IMG/VR virus record: IMGVR_UViG_3300015607_004069 | Location: 96,001 to 160,000 of that record | Reading direction: 5' to 3' (one strand) | DNA length: 64,000 nucleotides | From: a virus | Lineage: Duplodnaviria; Caudoviricetes | In this document: positions 58,274 to 64,000 of the stretch, one piece after another | Layout: every line of letters begins with the position of its first letter | Position numbering within the stretch: position 1 is the stretch's first letter | Program-made: the position numbers and the translations under genes | The notes under the pieces: generated by a model | What the model saw: only the letters and a program-made list of their open reading frames with translations | Databases searched by the model: none | Told to the model about the DNA's origin: nothing

Positions 58274-58912
58274 CTATCCCACTAGTCGAGCGACAATCTG
58301 TTTCTTCATATCGTCACTCAAGGTAAAATGAAACTGATTCACGACACCTCTACTGCTGGTGGCGGTATCCTGTGGATGGTTGATTGAACCAGACCTCCAG
58401 TCGCTGATAGTTATCGCCACTCTTGGCTCGACCTCATGAACTCTGCTGGCACTAAAACTATGCCCTATGACCACATCATATTTCATCTTGGGAATGTCGC
58501 TAGTCATCCCTAAAACAACTGTTGCATATCCTTGAGAATGCAATAAGTCCTCTAAATCACTATAGAACTTATTGGCTAATTGAGCAAACTCATCAAGCCT
58601 CCTGCCACGAATAATCAAGGCCACTTTACAGCCAGTCTTAGGAATTGGCAGTAATGAAGTGTAGAATTTCCCATCGGCACTGCTATATGCCCTATCAACG
58701 CTATGCATAACATTAGTCGCACTGTAGCCAGTACAGGGAATGGGGATGGCATAGACCGGCTGTCCATCCTGCGTATAATCTGTCTTTATGCCTCCGAATT
58801 TACCGACTTGACAGATTTTCCCAAATCTCAGGTAATTCTGATCAGCACCATATGCGTATGGCTGGGGAAGCGATACCACGGTCTTGCTGACTCTGCGGGT
58901 TGTAATGGCCAT
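58274..58912 (-). CDS. Alpha/beta-hydrolase-like protein
   Basis: VIGHSFS nucleophile-elbow-like motif. Confidence 0.45.
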   Translation of the reverse strand: MAITTRRVSKTVVSLPQPYAYGADQNYLRFGKICQVGKFGGIKTDYTQDGQPVYAIPIPCTGYSATNVMHSVDRAYSSADGKFYTSLLPIPKTGCKVALIIRGRRLDEFAQLANKFYSDLEDLLHSQGYATVVLGMTSDIPKMKYDVVIGHSFSASRVHEVEPRVAITISDWRSGSINHPQDTATSSRGVVNQFHFTLSDDMKKQIVARLVG

Positions 58913-58920
58913 AGCGGCAT

Positions 58921-59163
58921 TTAGTCCTGAGTGGTATGGTATGGCGATTCTTTCCATTCTAGGATCGTTTCGCCTGTTTCTGATTGTTCGCTGGTCCATT
59001 GGATGACATGAACCAACTTGTATTGCTTGGATCGTTTGGCGTTTTCAAAGACTTGTCTGGCTTCGTCCAGACTACTATAGTAGAATTCTGGTGCTACTGG
59101 CTCTAATGTGTGGTCGCCGTAGTTTCCGTGTCTCTGACCAGAAACAGTGTAGATCATTATCAT
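58921..59163 (-). CDS. Hypothetical protein
   Basis: AAGGA RBS. Confidence 0.5.
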   Translation of the reverse strand: MIMIYTVSGQRHGNYGDHTLEPVAPEFYYSSLDEARQVFENAKRSKQYKLVHVIQWTSEQSETGETILEWKESPYHTTQD

Positions 59164-59226
59164 CGTTCCTTAGAGGATTTACTTGGACGAAGGATAGTGA
59201 TCCTAGGGGTCTTTCCATAAATACGG

Positions 59227-59254
59227 TCAGACCCGACATTTCTGCCGGGTCTGA
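59227..59254 (-). terminator. Hairpin with GAAA tetraloop after AT-hook gene
   Basis: Minus strand TCAGACCCGGCA-GAAA-TGTCGGGTCTGA. Confidence 0.65.
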
Positions 59255-59274
59255 TTCGTTCCGTCGATCAATAC

Positions 59275-59700
59275 TTAGGACTTTTCGCTCTTGGTCTTTG
59301 ATCGGCGTTTCTGGCGTTCTGCTTCCGTGCATTCGCGACAGTATTTGACTTGGAAGAGGTCAGAAGTGGCCACTTGGCGGGTGCTTTCGCAGCCATGACT
59401 GGCACAATCGATTGTGACTGTGATCTTGCCAGCGTAAGTACCGGATGTGTGACGTTTGATGCTACCTTCGACGATGTGCTTGTACTTCTTGCGAAGTTGA
59501 GCTTCGCGTTCAGCGAGCACTTCGGCTGGCGATTTCGTCTCGACCTTGTTTGGCTTGCCAGCCAAGGTGCGTTTGTTGACCGCCTTGCTTGCCTGAATGT
59601 TAGTGGCCTTGCGAGGGCGACCACGACGGCGAGCCGGTGTCTCGACTTCGTTCGGTGTGGTCGTGGTTTCGGTGACGGTGGTTTCTTGTGTTGCTGACAT
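59275..59700 (-). CDS. Basic DNA-binding protein with AT-hook and zinc ribbon
   Basis: RRRGRPRK; CASHGC..CREC; GGAG RBS. Confidence 0.65.
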   Translation of the reverse strand: MSATQETTVTETTTTPNEVETPARRRGRPRKATNIQASKAVNKRTLAGKPNKVETKSPAEVLAEREAQLRKKYKHIVEGSIKRHTSGTYAGKITVTIDCASHGCESTRQVATSDLFQVKYCRECTEAERQKRRSKTKSEKS

Positions 59701-59907
59701 GTCTGGCTCCGTTGGAAAAATTGTGTTTACTGTCTGTCTGAGTCGGGTATAACACCAAAGTCGATGGCGTTAATTTCAATTGATTGCAAAGCACTCCGTT
59801 ACTCTCGCGTATCCTAAATGTCACTTTTCATAATTGATCCTCTGGACGATTCTTGGTTGTCTCAACGTTATGATGTATCACGAAATGACAAAGGTTTAAT
59901 ACTGCTT

Positions 59908-59922
59908 ACTTTGGTGTATAAT
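59908..59922 (+). promoter_or_regulatory. Putative promoter -10 (TATAAT) with ACTTTGGTGT motif
   Basis: ACTTTGGTGTATAAT; inverted copy of the 10-mer at 59752-59761. Confidence 0.45.
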
Positions 59923-59987
59923 AGGAGTATCCCTACTGAATTCTTATTAGACCTCAAACCATAAGGCCATAACAACAGAGGATAAAA

Positions 59988-60710
59988 GTGAATACGTTCG
60001 TTACTGCCGATCCGCACTACCACCACAGGAACATCATCAGATACTGCAATCGGCCTTTCCTGTCAGATGTCGATGCAGAGGAACTGCAGAGACGTGGCGG
60101 CAAATGGCACGATGGCGACTGGCGTAGCAATCCATGGAAGATAAGCGACGAATCTCTCGAAATGATGAATAGAGCCTTAGTAAAGGAAACAAACAGGCTC
60201 GTCAAACGGGATGACACCTTGATCATCGTTGGCGATTATAGCCTGAAGCCTAATAAGGAAAAGGACTTGAAGGAATACTATAGGAAATGCAGAGAAATCC
60301 GTGATCTGATCCACTGCCAGAATGTACACCTGATAAAAGGCAACCATGATCACGATTGCATCGCCGACCTGTTCTCTTCTTATTCTGTCGTACTAGAGGG
60401 CGAGTACTATGGCTCCCATGTCGTCTTCTCTCATCATGCTTTCTTGGCATGGAATAAAGCACATCGAGCCGCTATCCACTTATATGGGCATTCGCATTCC
60501 GAAATAGAGGAATGGTGTGACCTGTTCATGCCGGGTCGTAGAAGCATAGATGTAGGAGTAGATAATGCCGCTAAAATCTTGAAGGTGTATAGGCCATTCA
60601 ACCTACAAACAGAGATCGTCAACGTCTTGAGTCAACGATCTGGCTTTTCTATGAATAAACACATTCCAACCAATAGCACTTCACCAAATGAAGCCGATCA
60701 TGTCGATTGA
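59988..60710 (+). CDS. Calcineurin-like metallophosphoesterase
   Basis: ADPHYHHRNII, VGD, GNHD, HLYGHSH, DVGVD. Confidence 0.9.
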   Translation: MNTFVTADPHYHHRNIIRYCNRPFLSDVDAEELQRRGGKWHDGDWRSNPWKISDESLEMMNRALVKETNRLVKRDDTLIIVGDYSLKPNKEKDLKEYYRKCREIRDLIHCQNVHLIKGNHDHDCIADLFSSYSVVLEGEYYGSHVVFSHHAFLAWNKAHRAAIHLYGHSHSEIEEWCDLFMPGRRSIDVGVDNAAKILKVYRPFNLQTEIVNVLSQRSGFSMNKHIPTNSTSPNEADHVD

Positions 60711-62804
60711 TAACGACGCATTACCAGTTTGGCCACAGCCATATTGATAGCTTCAAGACCTGCCGAAATGACTGGTTCTTGTTCTGATGAAGGCTTTTGT
60801 TCTACCTTTTGAACATCATTGCCAAAAGGCCAGTCAGGCACTTCGACAATAGTATCAAATTCGAGTCCATGATGGATACCTCCGCACATACGAAACTCCT
60901 TAGATGTGGGCGATTACTTCTTGAATGCTGCTTTAGCAGCTTTTCTTGCAGTGTTGTTCTTGAAAGCCTTCTGGAAGACAGTTTCAAGTCGTCGTGGCGA
61001 TGCCTTTTCTGGTTCGTTGACATCCCACTTATTTGGCACTTCAGCGCCGGGAATGAGCAACCACTTCAATACGATATTGGCCAATAGACCAGTATCAATA
61101 GGAGCCTCATTGGCATCAAAGCAATCTAGATTCAGGAAACGCCGAAAATTGTCATTGTCCTTGACGGGCTGGAAGACAATACCCGGCCACATATCCGGAT
61201 TCTTCGTATATTGGCAATATGACAAATCGATTCCTGATTTAGTGCCAAACCAGAGATGCAAGTTGTCACAGAACGGCTTCTGAAATACGAATACGGTCAG
61301 ATCCATATCATATTCGGTGCCTAGGTCCCATCCGAGGTTGATGAGCTTGTTTACCACACGCTCTTTGACCGATTTGATTTGGAAGTTTTCCATGTGTTAT
61401 GCCTGCTCTTGTTTCTTACGGGGTGCAAAGAATTTGTTCAATTGGCCGACACGATTCTTGGCGACCAGATCGACCTTAGGCTTTCTTTGCTTCACGGTAA
61501 TAAGTGCTACCCCATGGAATTCGCATAATTCCGAAATATTCCTAGTCCATTCGGCTATATCTTTATATTCTTTGCCCGAATTAAATTCGGCTTTATTACT
61601 GAATTGGGCAATATTGTTATATGAACCTTTCAATCGCCATTCGTTAATTCGTGCTGAAATCATGATGGCTAGAAGATTCTTAGCTAATATCTTTTTGTTT
61701 TTGATCGATTTCAGGTTTTCAATACAGGTGTAAGAGTTCGCATGGCCTATGTTGTAATTGATGGGGAATAGGCAGTCAGTGAGTTTACAACATCGCTCGC
61801 AGATTTTCTGGCCTTCTGGTACTGTCGCTTCCTCATCCCGCACAAAAGTGCTAGTGTTGCGATTGCGACAAGCCGAACACACATAAAGTGTCGAGTTCTG
61901 TTTTTCGAAATCAGTCAGATTTCTCATCCTCACCTCCATGATTGGTTTATTCGCTTGATTTGCTCGATGCCCAGCCTCTATGCGGATCGATAAATTCGTT
62001 CTTTTGGTTTAGTTTCATGACTGAGGCGGCGTATCGGAAAAAGGCATTGTCAACAGCCAAGTGCCGTTGCGTATCTTGGACGATTTCATTGACCTTTTCC
62101 ACGCTATCGGCTTTTTCCAGAGCATCCATAGCGGAAACGACTTGCCATTCATTGGCTCTTCTATCACATTTGAATAGTACCTTAGCAATCAGTTTATGAT
62201 TGGCAAGTAGCGTCTTATTCATGCACTCAAGCATAAGTGCATGAGCCTGCACCAGATCGGCATAAGTACAATTCTGCATGCTGTCTACGATTGATGATGT
62301 ATTAATCATTGCGGTGTCTCATAGGCTTTCGATTGGGTAGCCGACCTTAGCAACGATGTCGCCTTCAGTGGTACGGCCACAGAATAACCTGCCATTCACA
62401 TCCCACACCTGAATCGTTCCACAAGGAAACTCACCAAATGCGCCATAAGGACCATCGACAATCTTATAGATATTGACTACCTTACCATCGGCTGTTCGGT
62501 AGTCTCCAGTTCGGTCAATAATCGTCTGCATTTATTGCCCTCTCTTGACAATACTGACATCTATATTATCAATGAGAATAGCGTCCTCTGTATTGGACAT
62601 GCTCTTCTTGGCATTTACAGGCCATGCATAGAATCCGTCGTTTGGCTGATTACTAGCATAAGCTAAATACACTTTCTGACCCTGCTCTAGACTTTTATAG
62701 GGCCAAGTCCCAAGGATAGTCACTCCATTGACCATGACCCCACGTAAGTCTTTTGTTAGTTGTTGTTTGCCGGGTCTTCGTTCGAGCAGCACAGGTGTCT
62801 CCAT
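60698..62804 (-). other. Run of small hypothetical ORFs (60698-60889, 60914-61393, 61397-61939, 61947-62309, 62319-62531, 62532-62804)
   Basis: Tightly packed co-oriented ORFs downstream of ligase. Confidence 0.6.
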
Positions 62805-62806
62805 TC

Positions 62807-64000
62807 TTACATGTCGCTGTGGTCGCGAAAAGCCTTGGCGACGGGAAAGCGAGGAAGGTCATGGATAGTAAAACCAAAGTGCTTGACGGTTAATTTCCTG
62901 CCGATGTATTTCGCACCATCAACCAGATATCGCTTCTTCTGTTCGTGTGTGCCAGGCGCGGTAACATCGAAAACGTCTTTTGGGCCAGTGCAGCCAACAT
63001 GCCTGCAGATGAAAACGCAATGTTCTTTGGCCTTGCCCTTGTCACCGGGTCTGAAGTCAATCACTTCATACTCATTTTCGTCGAAGTTCTTGACCTTCAA
63101 CAGTGATTTGCTGCGTTCACCAGCATCATAGGGACTATTCGACCGAATCATGCCACCTTCAAATCCCATCCTGACCCAGCGTTCCACATGGATCAGCATT
63201 TCTTCCTCGGAGAAGACTTGTACTGTTTCCACAGGACGAAGAGCAGAAGCGGTATGCTGAGAATAGAATTCGGCCAATAAATCATGGCGTTCCTTGAACG
63301 GCATGTCAGGACAGTCAAGAAGAAGAGCATCGTAGGTATGATAATCGATCAGCTTGGCGTGTTCATGGCCACCTTCGGTAGAGATAGCAGCACCGATGTC
63401 TTCAAAGGATATCTTAGTGGTGTACAGTTCACCATCAGCTAAGATACCTCTCTCCGAAGAAATCAGGCCTTTCTTGGTGAAGAACTCCTGCATATGTCTT
63501 AGTTCTTCCGTGATGTGAGACATAGTCTGGATCAATTCGCCGCTTCGGCTATACTGCTCGATCCGATCAGTATAGAGGTGTGACATGCATCGTCGCCCAT
63601 CTGACTTTGGTTGGATGAACATGCCGTCTGTCCAATTGACTATTGGCTTTTTGATGGATCTGATGCCGGTCTTCTTGTCTACAACAGCCTTGTAGAAATC
63701 CTGTGCAAGCATGGGAGCCAATGCTCGCTTTTCTGACGATTCTGTCCCTGCACTATCCTGACCATAATGTTCCCGATTGACCTTGCGTTCCCATTTACTC
63801 TGTGCCTCGGACAGGGCTTGCTCCCATGGGGTGGTGGCATTGGCTCGACCGACATTCTTGCCCGATTTAATGGGATTGGTGGCTTCTTGGAACTTGCCGC
63901 CTACCAGACCGAATCGAGTGACCACGGTTGGCACACCATCCATCAGTTGGACTCTGATATCACACTGTTGAACAGCACCAGTAGCGGTCTTCTTGTACAG
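62807..64000 (-). CDS. lig: ATP-dependent DNA ligase (5' end beyond window)
   Basis: APMLA, QPKSDGRR (KxDG), DGELY, EGGMIR, LLKVK, PRFP; frame open to window edge (LYKKTATG..). Confidence 0.93.
   Translation of the reverse strand: MYKKTATGAVQQCDIRVQLMDGVPTVVTRFGLVGGKFQEATNPIKSGKNVGRANATTPWEQALSEAQSKWERKVNREHYGQDSAGTESSEKRALAPMLAQDFYKAVVDKKTGIRSIKKPIVNWTDGMFIQPKSDGRRCMSHLYTDRIEQYSRSGELIQTMSHITEELRHMQEFFTKKGLISSERGILADGELYTTKISFEDIGAAISTEGGHEHAKLIDYHTYDALLLDCPDMPFKERHDLLAEFYSQHTASALRPVETVQVFSEEEMLIHVERWVRMGFEGGMIRSNSPYDAGERSKSLLKVKNFDENEYEVIDFRPGDKGKAKEHCVFICRHVGCTGPKDVFDVTAPGTHEQKKRYLVDGAKYIGRKLTVKHFGFTIHDLPRFPVAKAFRDHSDM

Noticed and set aside
1-64000. Cellular chromosome or eukaryotic giant virus origin
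   Set aside because: SD motifs, coupled small ORFs, baseplate/fibre genes, peptide deformylase and absence of housekeeping operons fit a bacteriophage; host taxon cannot be supported

Overview
This window is a gene-dense segment of a large tailed dsDNA phage (jumbo/huge-phage style, standard code 11; the host cannot be identified from sequence alone). It contains five kinds of content. (i) Virion-type genes: a baseplate-wedge-like protein, a Gly-rich 20-aa-repeat fibre, Fn3/lectin-like proteins and several paralogous beta-sandwich proteins. (ii) An unusually large, dispersed glycan-modification kit: seven glycosyltransferase-like genes (GT2 x3, GT4, GT9, GT92, CgeB-type), an RmlD-like reductase, four SAM methyltransferase domains and a B12 radical SAM enzyme. 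(iii) Nucleotide, RNA and counter-defence enzymes: SAM-lyase-like, Acb1-like 2H phosphoesterase, MazG-like, SLOG, HD/YhaM-like, ATP-grasp, HAD, metallophosphoesterases, peptide deformylase and DNA ligase. (iv) Two homing-endonuclease-like genes, one broken by an in-frame TAG. (v) Many small hypothetical ORFs. The most striking unexplained signals are non-coding: three distinct structured RNA candidates. These are a ~320-nt ten-hairpin RNA at 33357-33675 with its own terminator, a tRNA-elbow mimic at 27138-27261 inside a direct-repeat-bounded cassette, and a four-way junction with an 8-bp kissing loop at 56996-57093. Two of them lie exactly 14 nt downstream of a recurrent GTATT intergenic motif. 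All protein family calls come from motif recognition by eye, not database searches.
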